Below are positions 1-8,928 of a stretch of 51,810 nt of DNA, piece after piece. Location of the stretch: the NCBI RefSeq assembly GCF_905480385.1, contig NZ_CAJQQC010000136.1. One strand, written 5' to 3'. The translations under genes and the position numbers were made by a program. The number at the start of each line of letters is the position of its first letter. The stretch's first letter is position 1. Source of the DNA: an uncultured Winogradskyella sp. Lineage in GTDB: Bacteria > Bacteroidota > Bacteroidia > Flavobacteriales > Flavobacteriaceae. The notes below the pieces were generated by a model. The model was not told where the DNA came from. It did no database searches and saw only the letters and a list, made by a program, of their open reading frames with translations.

Positions 1-777
1 CTACAACCAAGAAATTTGGTAGTTGTAGACGAAAATTCTCACGTTCAGATTATTGAGCGTCATCAAAGTTTGACTGAAAACCCTGTTTTAACTAACAGTG
101 TTACTGAGATATTTGCTAATAAACGTGCTATTGTAGATTACTACAAGATTCAGAATGATAAACAATCGGCATCATTGATTGATAATACATTTGTAAATCA
201 AAAAGACCAAAGTTTAGCTAAAGTACACACGTTCTCTTTCGGTGGGAAATTAACACGTAATAACCTTAATTTTTATCAAAACGGTGAGCGTATCGATTCT
301 ACAATGAAAGGTATCACTATTATTGGTGATAGGCAACATGTAGATCACAATACATTGGTACATCATATTGAGCCAAACTGTGAAAGTCATCAAGATTATA
401 AAGGTATTTATGATGCTAATTCTACTGGTGTTTTTAATGGAAAAGTAGTTGTTGAAAAATTGGCGCAAAAGACAAATGCTTTTCAGGCAAATAACAATAT
501 TTTGATTAGCGATAAAGCAACGATTAATACAAAACCACAGCTCGAAATTTTTGCAGATGACGTGAGATGTACCCACGGCTGTACGATTGGGCAGCTCGAT
601 GAGAGTGCAATGTTCTATCTACGTTCTCGTGGAATTCCAGTAAAAGAAGCACGTGGATTATTAATGTTTGCCTTTAGTAACAACGTTTTAGATTCTGTAA
701 AAATTCCTGAAATCAAACAACGTATCACAAAACTTATTGCCCAGAAATTAGGAGTTAATATTGGGTTTGATCTTTAA
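1..777 (+). CDS. sufD: Fe-S cluster assembly protein SufD (5'-truncated by window edge)
   Basis: Frame open from base 1; C-terminal motifs KPQLEIFADDVRCTHG and FYLRSRGI; abuts sufS. Confidence 0.95.
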   Translation, partial: LQPRNLVVVDENSHVQIIERHQSLTENPVLTNSVTEIFANKRAIVDYYKIQNDKQSASLIDNTFVNQKDQSLAKVHTFSFGGKLTRNNLNFYQNGERIDSTMKGITIIGDRQHVDHNTLVHHIEPNCESHQDYKGIYDANSTGVFNGKVVVEKLAQKTNAFQANNNILISDKATINTKPQLEIFADDVRCTHGCTIGQLDESAMFYLRSRGIPVKEARGLLMFAFSNNVLDSVKIPEIKQRITKLIAQKLGVNIGFDL

Positions 778-2016
778 ATGAGTATCTCTCAAAAACATAT
801 CACTTTTGATGTTGAAGCTATAAGAAAAGACTTCCCAATTCTCAATCGAGAAGTCAATGGTAAGCCTTTAATCTATTTTGACAATGCAGCGACATCCCAA
901 ACTCCACAACAAGTCATTGATGTTATTGTAAATTATTACTCTAACTACAACGCTAACATTCATCGTGGCGTTCACGCTTTGAGTCAGGAAGCTACAGATG
1001 CTTACGAGCTAGCACGACTAAAAATCCAGAAACATTTTAATGCGGCTCATAGTCACGAGATTATCTATACTTCTGGGACAACACATGGTATTAATCTGGT
1101 AGCTAATGGTTTTTCAAGTTTTTTAAAAAAAGGAGATGAAGTTATTGTTTCGGCATTAGAACACCACAGTAATATTGTTCCATGGCAAATGCTTTGTGAA
1201 CGTACAGAAGCAGAATTAAAAGTCATTCCAATGAATACTGATGGAGACCTAGTTTTAAGGGACTTTGATGCCCTTTTAAATGAAAACACAAAACTGGTTT
1301 TTGTCAATCATATTTCAAATGCTTTAGGTACTATTAATCCTATCGAATATATCATTGAAAAAGCTCATAATGTTGGTGCAGCTGTTTTAATCGATGGTGC
1401 GCAATCTTGTCCGCACATAAAGCCAGATGTACAAGCGTTAGATGTCGATTTTTATGTGTGTTCTGCACACAAAATTTGTGGTCCAACTGGTGTTGGTATG
1501 CTATATGGTAAGCAAGAATGGTTAAAAAAATTACCACCATATCAAGGTGGTGGAGAAATGATTGCTGAAGTCTCTTTCGAGAAAACAACTTATGCCGATC
1601 TACCTCATAAATTTGAAGCAGGAACTCCAAATATCTGTGGTGGTATTGCTTTCGGAGCAGCGTTAGATTATATGAATGCTATCGGTTTTGATACTATAGC
1701 ATCTTATGAAAATGAGCTTTTAGAATATGCTACTGCTCAGCTTCAACAAATTGAAAGTCTAAAAATTTACGGAACTGCAAAAGAGAAAACCTCTGTTATT
1801 TCTTTTAATGTTGGAAACATACACCCTTATGATATTGGGACTATTCTGGACAAAATGGGAATCGCTGTCAGAACAGGTCACCATTGCGCGCAACCAATAA
1901 TGAATTTCTATCAAATCCCAGGAACAGTCCGTGCATCGTTAATGTTTTATAATACCAAAGAAGAAATAGATCTTTTTATTATTGCTCTCAAAAAAGCAGT
2001 AATGATGTTGTCTTAA
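778..2016 (+). CDS. sufS: SufS cysteine desulfurase
   Basis: YFDNAATSQ, EHHSN, PLP-lysine SAHK, group II catalytic motif RTGHHCAQP. Confidence 0.97.
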   Translation: MSISQKHITFDVEAIRKDFPILNREVNGKPLIYFDNAATSQTPQQVIDVIVNYYSNYNANIHRGVHALSQEATDAYELARLKIQKHFNAAHSHEIIYTSGTTHGINLVANGFSSFLKKGDEVIVSALEHHSNIVPWQMLCERTEAELKVIPMNTDGDLVLRDFDALLNENTKLVFVNHISNALGTINPIEYIIEKAHNVGAAVLIDGAQSCPHIKPDVQALDVDFYVCSAHKICGPTGVGMLYGKQEWLKKLPPYQGGGEMIAEVSFEKTTYADLPHKFEAGTPNICGGIAFGAALDYMNAIGFDTIASYENELLEYATAQLQQIESLKIYGTAKEKTSVISFNVGNIHPYDIGTILDKMGIAVRTGHHCAQPIMNFYQIPGTVRASLMFYNTKEEIDLFIIALKKAVMMLS

Positions 2017-2042
2017 TTCTAACATCAACTTCCTTAAAAACC

Positions 2043-2065
2043 AACACCTTTTTTGGTGTTTTTTT
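2043..2065 (+). terminator. Probable intrinsic terminator after sufS
   Basis: AACACC-T6-GGTGTT stem followed by a T-run. Confidence 0.55.
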
Positions 2066-2121
2066 ATGCCCTTATGCATTTCATCGAAAAAATTTAAATT
2101 ATTTTAGGTGTCTGTTATTTT

Positions 2122-2159
2122 TTCGTTAAAATTCAATTATATTCGTTAAAATTTTAACA
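2122..2159 (+). promoter_or_regulatory. Candidate promoter/operator of the M43 protease gene
   Basis: TTCGTTAAAATT at 2122 and 2142; perfect palindrome GTTAAAATTTTAAC at 2145-2158; -7-like TATATTCG at 2138-2145. Confidence 0.45.
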
Positions 2160-2175
2160 AAAACACTCAATAAAA

Positions 2176-3249
2176 ATGAAAAAAACAATTTTAGGAATGG
2201 CTGTTTTAGCCCTTTTTTTTACCAGCTGTAATGATGACAATGTCAGTCTAGAGCAAGAGCAAGCAAAAGTAGATATGAGCGATTTTTACTTGTATACAAA
2301 TCCTACTGAAGACGGATCTACAACAAGAGTTGCGAACGGAAAAAATTGTGCTTCTATGGAAGTTCTTAATCGACAATTAAACGAAAATCCTGGATTATAC
2401 CAACGTATGTTCAACATAGAAAAAAATTCAAGACAATTTATCGCAAATAACTTAAAGCCTAAAGGCGGAAACGGTGGCGGAAATGGTGGCGGAAACGGTG
2501 GCGGCCCTGGTGGAGGCGGTGGAGATCCAGTAGATCCAGTTGATGATGGTTTAGGAACCTTAGATATCCCTGTTTACATATATGTAATCTACTCTAATAG
2601 TCAACAAAATATTAGCAGTGCACAAATCAACTCTCAAATGGCTGTATTAAATGCGGACTTTAACGATACTAATTTTAATGATGTCCGTGCGCAATTTCAA
2701 GGACTTGGCGCAGATACAGATATTAATTTCATGACACCAGTTGTTAATAGACAATTTAACTCAACTTCTGCTTGGGGTACAAGTAACGCAATAAAATCTG
2801 CTTATCCTGCACAACCTGGTTACCTAACTATGTGGGTTGCTAATATTGGTGGTGGAATTTTAGGATATGCTCAATTCCCGGGAGGAAATGCGTCTACAGA
2901 TGGTGTTGTTATGTCTCCACAATATTTTGGCACTACAGGATTTGTTTCTGCTCCTTTCGACGGTGGTCGTACAACAACTCACGAAGTTGGTCACTGGATG
3001 AACTTGCGTCACATTTGGGGAGATGGAAGATGTCGTCAAGATGATTTTGTGTCTGATACACCAGAATCAAGCAGACCTAACTACGGTTGTAATCTTTCTG
3101 CAGCAAACTGTAGATCAACTGACATGGTAGAAAACTATATGGACTATTCTGATGACGATTGTATGGGATTATTTACTGAAGGTCAAAAAACAAGAATGCG
3201 CGCAATATTTGCACCTGGTGGTGCTCGTGCCGCATTAGTTGGAAACTAA
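2176..3249 (+). CDS. M43 (pappalysin/ulilysin-like) zinc metalloprotease, lipoprotein
   Basis: Lipobox FTSC followed by acidic NDDN; zinc motif HEVGHWMNLRH; Met-turn NYMDY; propeptide Cys (KNCAS). Confidence 0.9.
   Translation: MKKTILGMAVLALFFTSCNDDNVSLEQEQAKVDMSDFYLYTNPTEDGSTTRVANGKNCASMEVLNRQLNENPGLYQRMFNIEKNSRQFIANNLKPKGGNGGGNGGGNGGGPGGGGGDPVDPVDDGLGTLDIPVYIYVIYSNSQQNISSAQINSQMAVLNADFNDTNFNDVRAQFQGLGADTDINFMTPVVNRQFNSTSAWGTSNAIKSAYPAQPGYLTMWVANIGGGILGYAQFPGGNASTDGVVMSPQYFGTTGFVSAPFDGGRTTTHEVGHWMNLRHIWGDGRCRQDDFVSDTPESSRPNYGCNLSAANCRSTDMVENYMDYSDDDCMGLFTEGQKTRMRAIFAPGGARAALVGN
2464..2544 (+). repeat. Coding tandem repeats: (GGCGGAAAYGGT)x3 and (GATCCAGTW)x2, Gly-rich linker
   Basis: Directly visible; encodes GGNGGGNGGGNGGGPGGGGGDPVDPVD. 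Confidence 0.85.
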
Positions 3250-3267
3250 TCATTAGCATAAAAAATT

Positions 3268-3299
3268 AAAAAGAGTACCTGTAGGTACTCTTTTTTTTT
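3268..3299 (+). terminator. Intrinsic terminator after M43 gene
   Basis: AAAAAGAGTACCT-GT-AGGTACTCTTTTT, ending in a T9 run. Confidence 0.9.
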
Positions 3300-3353
3300 G
3301 CATAATCTCTGATATAATCAAATTATAATATCTTTACTTAAAATCAAATCTAT

Positions 3354-3851
3354 ATGAAATTTCTATTCAGTTTTCTAAGTCTTCTTATTTTTAATAAAGA
3401 ATGTGACTATGAAAAAAAATCATATCCTGTTACCTCTATTAATAAAACAACTCAGGTACAACCTGTTAATTCTAAAATAGTACAAGACAGTCTTATGACA
3501 ATAAGTTATACCGCACAAACAAGAGGAACTTATAAAAGTGTAACTGTTTCGCAACAACAAGTCACAGTAAATAACTCTAGAGCAAAGAATCCTAAAATGA
3601 CTTTTCCTTGTAGTAAAGACGATTGGAATGAGATTACAAGATTGTTGTCTAACATAGACACATCTAAATTGAAAGACTTAAAAGTACCATCTACAAAATC
3701 ACATTATGATGGTGCATTGGGAGCCACTTTAAAATTAACCGTTGAGGGTAAGGAAATGTCCTCGCCAACATTTGACCATGGCAATCCACCAAGTGAGGTA
3801 GCACAATTAGTTAGTAAACTTTTATCCATGGGCAAGATGGAACAAAAATAA
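3354..3851 (+). CDS. Exported hypothetical protein
   Basis: Hydrophobic N-terminus with a Cys; motifs TRG, YDGA, FDHGNPP; -7-like TATCTTTA upstream. Confidence 0.8.
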   Translation: MKFLFSFLSLLIFNKECDYEKKSYPVTSINKTTQVQPVNSKIVQDSLMTISYTAQTRGTYKSVTVSQQQVTVNNSRAKNPKMTFPCSKDDWNEITRLLSNIDTSKLKDLKVPSTKSHYDGALGATLKLTVEGKEMSSPTFDHGNPPSEVAQLVSKLLSMGKMEQK

Positions 3852-3862
3852 GCGTGATTTCA

Positions 3863-3870
3863 TATCTTTG
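3863..3870 (+). promoter_or_regulatory. Bacteroidota -7 promoter element for sufE operon
   Basis: TATCTTTG matches TAnnTTTG, 15 nt before ATG 3886. Confidence 0.65.
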
Positions 3871-3885
3871 TTGCAAATTTTGAAG

Positions 3886-4308
3886 ATGACCATACAGGAA
3901 ATACAAAATGAGATTATTGACGAATTCTCAATGTTTGATGATTGGGAAGAACGTTACCAATATATGATTGATTTAGGTAAGACATTACCACTTATTGATG
4001 ACGCTCATAAAACGGATGACAATATTATTAAAGGGTGTCAGAGTAAAGTATGGGTACATGCTAACATGGACGACAATAAAGTTGTCTTTACAGCAGATAG
4101 CGATGCTATAATAACAAAAGGGATTATTGCGATTTTAATTCGTACGTTTTCAAATCAACATCCAACTGCTATTCTTGAGGCTGACACTGATTTTATAGAT
4201 AAAATTGGATTAAAAGAACATTTATCACCTACGAGAGCCAACGGTTTAGTAAGTATGATAAAACAATTAAAAATGTATGCGATTGCATATCAAACACAAT
4301 TAAATTAA
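3886..4308 (+). CDS. sufE: SufE sulfur acceptor protein
   Basis: IKGCQSKVW with acceptor Cys, ADSDA, LSPTRANGL; start reassigned to ATG 3886. Confidence 0.95.
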   Translation: MTIQEIQNEIIDEFSMFDDWEERYQYMIDLGKTLPLIDDAHKTDDNIIKGCQSKVWVHANMDDNKVVFTADSDAIITKGIIAILIRTFSNQHPTAILEADTDFIDKIGLKEHLSPTRANGLVSMIKQLKMYAIAYQTQLN

Positions 4309-4309
4309 T

Positions 4310-4636
4310 ATGAGCGATACAACTATAGATACAAATGTATTAGGCGAAAAAATCGTCAAGGTTATAAAGACTATATATGATCCTGAAATTCCAGTCGATA
4401 TTTACGAATTAGGATTAATTTACGATGTTTTTGTAAACGAGGATTATGATGTGAAAATACTAATGACATTAACATCACCTAATTGTCCTGTTGCCGAAAC
4501 TTTGCCTCTTGAGGTTGAAGAAAAAGTAAAATCCATCAATGAAGTCAAAGATGCGGAAGTTGAAATTACGTTTGACCCACCATGGTCCAATGATTTAATG
4601 AGTGAAGAGGCTAAATTAGAATTAGGAATGTTATAA
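4310..4636 (+). CDS. sufT: DUF59/SufT-type Fe-S cluster assembly protein
   Basis: DPEIPVDIYELGLIY, MTLTSPNCP, FDPPW. Confidence 0.9.
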   Translation: MSDTTIDTNVLGEKIVKVIKTIYDPEIPVDIYELGLIYDVFVNEDYDVKILMTLTSPNCPVAETLPLEVEEKVKSINEVKDAEVEITFDPPWSNDLMSEEAKLELGML

Positions 4637-4647
4637 AAATAGAACCT

Positions 4648-6090
4648 ATGAACTCCACAGGAATTGATGCTATAGCATTTTATGTCCCACAACTTTATGT
4701 ATCCATGGATTACTTGGCTGAAGCTAGAGGTATACCTGCAGAAAAATTAAAACGTGGTCTGGGACTTCAAAAAATGGCAGTCCCAAATATTGGTGAGGAT
4801 GCAGCGACATTTGCTGCCAATGCACTTTTAAATCTTATTACACAAAATAATATTGACCCAAACGAAATTGGTCGTGTGTATTTAGGTACAGAAAGCGCTG
4901 TAGATGGTTCTAAACCAACAGCAACTTATGCTGTAGAAATTGTTGAAAAAGAATTGTCTCAAACCTATGGTGAACGTAGCTTTAAAAATTGTGATATTTT
5001 AGATATGACTTTTGCCTGTGTTGGTGCTGTTGATGCTTTGCACAATAGTTTAGATTGGGTAAAACAAGATATTAATAGAAAAGCAGTAGTCATTGCTTCC
5101 GACCTCTCCAAGTATGATATCAACTCAACTGGAGAATATACACAAGGTGCAGGTGCTGTTGCTGTTTTGGTAAGTCATAATCCTTCAATATTATCTATTG
5201 ATAAAACATGGGGAATAGCGTCTAAAAGCGAAGGTGATTTTTTTAAGCCTCGCCGTACTTACAAAAAATCAGAACTATTAAAATCTGTACTTACAGAACT
5301 AAAAATTGATGCCTCAAAAGAAGCCATAAAAACATTTATAGAGTCGACATCTTCTGGGTTTTGGTCAGATCGTAATGAATTGGTTGAAGTTTTTAAAGAA
5401 GAGCCTGTATTTGATGGTCAATTTTCTAATGCATGCTATGCAGATAGAATTACTGAGGCTTTAGAGCACTTTTACAATCAAAAAAATACAGACTTTGCAA
5501 CAGAGTGGAATCAAATTGTATTTCATTTACCATATGCATACCACGGAAGACGTATTATTTTTGATAATTGGCTTAACTGGATAAAAGAAACACCAAGTTA
5601 CAATGCTCTAATCGAGGAAGTTGGTAAGCCAGAAGATACAGATGCAAAAACTTGGCAAAAGAGTGCTTATAAGTCTAAATTATACAGCGTTTTTATTTCT
5701 GATAATATTGCTTCCGGTGAACTTGCATCGTCAGAAATTGGTAACATGTATACCGCTTCAATATTTATGTCTCTATTAAGTTATTTGTCTGATAGTTTTA
5801 ATTCATCAAATGAAATTTCAGGTAAAATAATTGGGCTAATAGGTTATGGTAGTGGTTCAAAATCTAAAGTTTTTGAAGGTGCTGTACAAGCAAATTGGGC
5901 ATCAAAAATCAAAGACATTAAGCTTTTTGAATATCTAGAAAACAGAACTTCTATTACTGTGGAGACTTACGAAAAAATTCATACTTCAAAACTAGAATCG
6001 CCTGTTGTAGAAGCTAGTAAAATAGCTTTAAACTATATTGAAAAAGAAGACACCAATTATGGCCTTAGACGCTATAAAGTCAACAAATAA
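4648..6090 (+). CDS. mvaS: Hydroxymethylglutaryl-CoA synthase
   Basis: GTES, catalytic FACVGA, GEYTQGAGAVA, FHLPY, GNMYTAS, YGSGS. Confidence 0.9.
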   Translation: MNSTGIDAIAFYVPQLYVSMDYLAEARGIPAEKLKRGLGLQKMAVPNIGEDAATFAANALLNLITQNNIDPNEIGRVYLGTESAVDGSKPTATYAVEIVEKELSQTYGERSFKNCDILDMTFACVGAVDALHNSLDWVKQDINRKAVVIASDLSKYDINSTGEYTQGAGAVAVLVSHNPSILSIDKTWGIASKSEGDFFKPRRTYKKSELLKSVLTELKIDASKEAIKTFIESTSSGFWSDRNELVEVFKEEPVFDGQFSNACYADRITEALEHFYNQKNTDFATEWNQIVFHLPYAYHGRRIIFDNWLNWIKETPSYNALIEEVGKPEDTDAKTWQKSAYKSKLYSVFISDNIASGELASSEIGNMYTASIFMSLLSYLSDSFNSSNEISGKIIGLIGYGSGSKSKVFEGAVQANWASKIKDIKLFEYLENRTSITVETYEKIHTSKLESPVVEASKIALNYIEKEDTNYGLRRYKVNK

Positions 6091-6599
6091 TGGCAGAAGA
6101 AATTATAAATAGAGTTGCTAATAGCAAGCTTAAAGTTATAGATTTAGAAGACTTTTATCCTGATGGAAAGCGCATCGCTTTTGACATCAAAGACTGGCTT
6201 TTAGAAGGCTTGGTGCTTAGAGAAAAAGATTTTAGAAACTATGTTTCTGAACACAACTGGTCTCAATACCAAGACAAATATGTAGCCTTATACTGCTCGA
6301 CCGATGCTATAATTCCTGATTGGGCATACATGCTTATAGCTGTGCAACTTCAAAATATTGCTCGGCTTTCTGTTATTGGTAATTTAGAGCATTTGGAATC
6401 TATTATTTATTCTCAAATTATTTCAGGATTAGATACTTCAGATTATGCCGATGCTCCAGTAATTATTAAAGGCTGCTCTAACAAACCTGTGCCTGCAAAT
6501 GCCCTTGTACTTTTATCTCAACGATTAAAACCAATAGCAAAATCTATTATGTTTGGTGAAGCTTGTTCTTCTGTTCTGCTATACAAAAGAAAAAAATAG
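6090..6599 (+). CDS. DUF2480 family protein
   Basis: EEIINRVANSKL, LREKDFR, IIKGCS, FGEACSS; TAATG coupling to mvaS. Confidence 0.85.
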   Translation: MAEEIINRVANSKLKVIDLEDFYPDGKRIAFDIKDWLLEGLVLREKDFRNYVSEHNWSQYQDKYVALYCSTDAIIPDWAYMLIAVQLQNIARLSVIGNLEHLESIIYSQIISGLDTSDYADAPVIIKGCSNKPVPANALVLLSQRLKPIAKSIMFGEACSSVLLYKRKK

Positions 6600-6682
6600 T
6601 GACTTTTACACATTGTGTGCGCCTAAGAATAAAGTACAGGTAATGCTATATATTTGTAAAAAATCAATTAAACCATATAATA

Positions 6683-7591
6683 ATGAAAACTAAAATTCTT
6701 TTATCAATCACGTTACTTTTATGTGTGAGTTTAACTTTCGCTCAATCGAAAGAAGAATTACAAAAACAAAAAGCTGAAAAACAAGTCGAAGCAGATAAAT
6801 ACCAGGGCGAAGCAGACGCCTTACAAGCACAAATAGATGCTCTACCTGGCTGGAGAGTTGGTGCATTTGGTACCATTGGAGGTAGCTTATCTAACTTTAG
6901 TAACTGGTATGCTCAAGGTGCACCAAATAACTCCTCAGGTAATATTGGCTTTACAGTTAACGCATTCGCCAATAAATTAGAGGACAAATATTTCTGGAGA
7001 AATAATTTAAACCTAAATCTTAATTGGACAAAACTTGACGACAAAGACAATCCATTAGATAGTGATAATTTTGAACCAACTACAGATGTTTTTAACCTAA
7101 CATCGTTATATGGTAGAAAATTAAGTGATAAATGGGCGGTTTCTGGATTATTAGAATATAGAACAACCTTATTAAACAACTTTAACGACCCAGGTTACAT
7201 AGACTTAGGTGTTGGTTTTACTTGGACGCCAATTACAGATTTAGTTGTTGTTATACACCCATTAAACTACAATTTTGTATTTGCTGATAGTAATACTGTT
7301 TTTGAATCTTCTTTAGGTGCAAAAATTGTTGCAGACTACACAAGACAAATCGGAAAATTTAACTTTAAAACCAACTTATCTGCTTTTCAAAGCTATGAAG
7401 ATGGTGATCTGTCTAACTGGACATGGATTAACTCTTTTGGTTATACACTTTGGAAAGGTATTGGTGTAGGATTTGATTTTGGGTTACGTAGCAACAGACA
7501 AGAAGCTGCTAATTTCCAAGGCACAACATTACCTGCTGCAGATAACGATTTACAATCCTATTACACTGTTGGTTTGAGTTATAATTTCTAA
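6683..7591 (+). CDS. DUF3078 family outer-membrane beta-barrel protein
   Basis: Signal peptide, short coiled coil, alternating beta strands, terminal GLSYNF; TATATTTG at 6649-6656. Confidence 0.75.
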   Translation: MKTKILLSITLLLCVSLTFAQSKEELQKQKAEKQVEADKYQGEADALQAQIDALPGWRVGAFGTIGGSLSNFSNWYAQGAPNNSSGNIGFTVNAFANKLEDKYFWRNNLNLNLNWTKLDDKDNPLDSDNFEPTTDVFNLTSLYGRKLSDKWAVSGLLEYRTTLLNNFNDPGYIDLGVGFTWTPITDLVVVIHPLNYNFVFADSNTVFESSLGAKIVADYTRQIGKFNFKTNLSAFQSYEDGDLSNWTWINSFGYTLWKGIGVGFDFGLRSNRQEAANFQGTTLPAADNDLQSYYTVGLSYNF

Positions 7592-7610
7592 AAACCATAA
7601 ACATATTAAT

Positions 7611-7643
7611 AAAAAAGAGGTCTTAAAATTAGACCTCTTTTTT
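7611..7643. terminator. Bidirectional intrinsic terminator
   Basis: AAAAAAGAGGTCT-N7-AGACCTCTTTTTT between convergent genes. Confidence 0.9.
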
Positions 7644-7644
7644 A

Positions 7645-8856
7645 TTATTGTATATCCTCAACATCAGGATACAAAAACTGATTATAAGGGAAACGCGTCA
7701 CATGTATCTCACGGACTTCCTTGTAAACACGTTTTTTAAATTCGTCTAAGTTCTCTTTATTTAAAGCTGAAATAAACAATGCATTATCTCCAATTTTTGA
7801 CATCCATGTTTGCTTCCATTCGTCAATAGAGTAATTGGCTGGTGTGTGTTCTATAATTAAATCCTCCTCATCATAAGGCTCAGCTTCATAAGCATCAATT
7901 TTGTTAAAAACCATAATGGTTGGCTTGTCTTTACTTTCAATTTCACCCAAAATCTGATTGACAGACTCAATATGTTCTTCAAAATTAGAGTGCGAAATAT
8001 CTACAACATGTAGCAATAAATCTGCCTCTCTTACTTCATCTAAAGTACTTTTAAAGGATTCGACTAATTGTGTTGGTAGTTTTCTTATAAATCCAACGGT
8101 GTCACTAACCAAAAAAGGTAAATTCCCAATAACAACTTTACGTACTGTTGTATCTAAAGTGGCAAAGAGTTTGTTTTCGGCAAAAACTTCAGATTTACTA
8201 ATCACATTCATCAAAGTAGATTTACCTACATTAGTGTAACCTACTAAAGCAACTCTGACGAGCTTTCCGCGATTTCCACGTTGCACAGCCATTTGCTTAT
8301 CAATGGTCTTGATTTTCTTTTTTAAAAGCGAAATTTTATCACGAACAATACGTCTATCCGTTTCAATTTCTGTCTCACCAGGACCACGCATACCAATACC
8401 ACCTTTTTGCCGTTCAAGGTGTGTCCACATTCCTTTTAATCTTGGTAAAAGGTATTGACATTGCGCCAATTCTACTTGGGTACGTGCATAACTGGTTTGT
8501 GCACGTTGCGCAAAAATATCAAGAATCAAATTGGTCCTGTCTAGGATTTTACAATTCAGGATTTTACTAATGTTTCGTTCTTGTGCTGGTGACAATTCGT
8601 CATCAAAAATAACAGTACCAATTTCATTTTCTTGGACAAAATTTTGCACCTCATTCATCTTACCACTACCTATAAATGTTTTTGGGTTAGGCATATCTAA
8701 CTTTTGGGTAAAGCGTTTAACGACTTTCCCTCCGGCTGTAAAAGTCAAAAACTCTAGCTCATCTAAATATTCTTTAGAGGTTTGCTCATCTTGATCTTTG
8801 GTTACGATTCCTATCAGTACAACCTTTTCGAGGTTAATATCTTTTTTCTCTAACAT
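7645..8856 (-). CDS. hflX: GTPase HflX
   Basis: GPGETEIETDRR, GYTNVGKST, LFATLD, DTVGF, NKID; TAAATTTG on the minus strand at 8872-8879. Confidence 0.97.
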   Translation of the reverse strand: MLEKKDINLEKVVLIGIVTKDQDEQTSKEYLDELEFLTFTAGGKVVKRFTQKLDMPNPKTFIGSGKMNEVQNFVQENEIGTVIFDDELSPAQERNISKILNCKILDRTNLILDIFAQRAQTSYARTQVELAQCQYLLPRLKGMWTHLERQKGGIGMRGPGETEIETDRRIVRDKISLLKKKIKTIDKQMAVQRGNRGKLVRVALVGYTNVGKSTLMNVISKSEVFAENKLFATLDTTVRKVVIGNLPFLVSDTVGFIRKLPTQLVESFKSTLDEVREADLLLHVVDISHSNFEEHIESVNQILGEIESKDKPTIMVFNKIDAYEAEPYDEEDLIIEHTPANYSIDEWKQTWMSKIGDNALFISALNKENLDEFKKRVYKEVREIHVTRFPYNQFLYPDVEDIQ

Positions 8857-8928
8857 ATATTATTTAAAGTGCAAATTTAGGTAATTACACCATATCTGAT
8901 TATTCATATTAATTATATCTTTAGCCAC

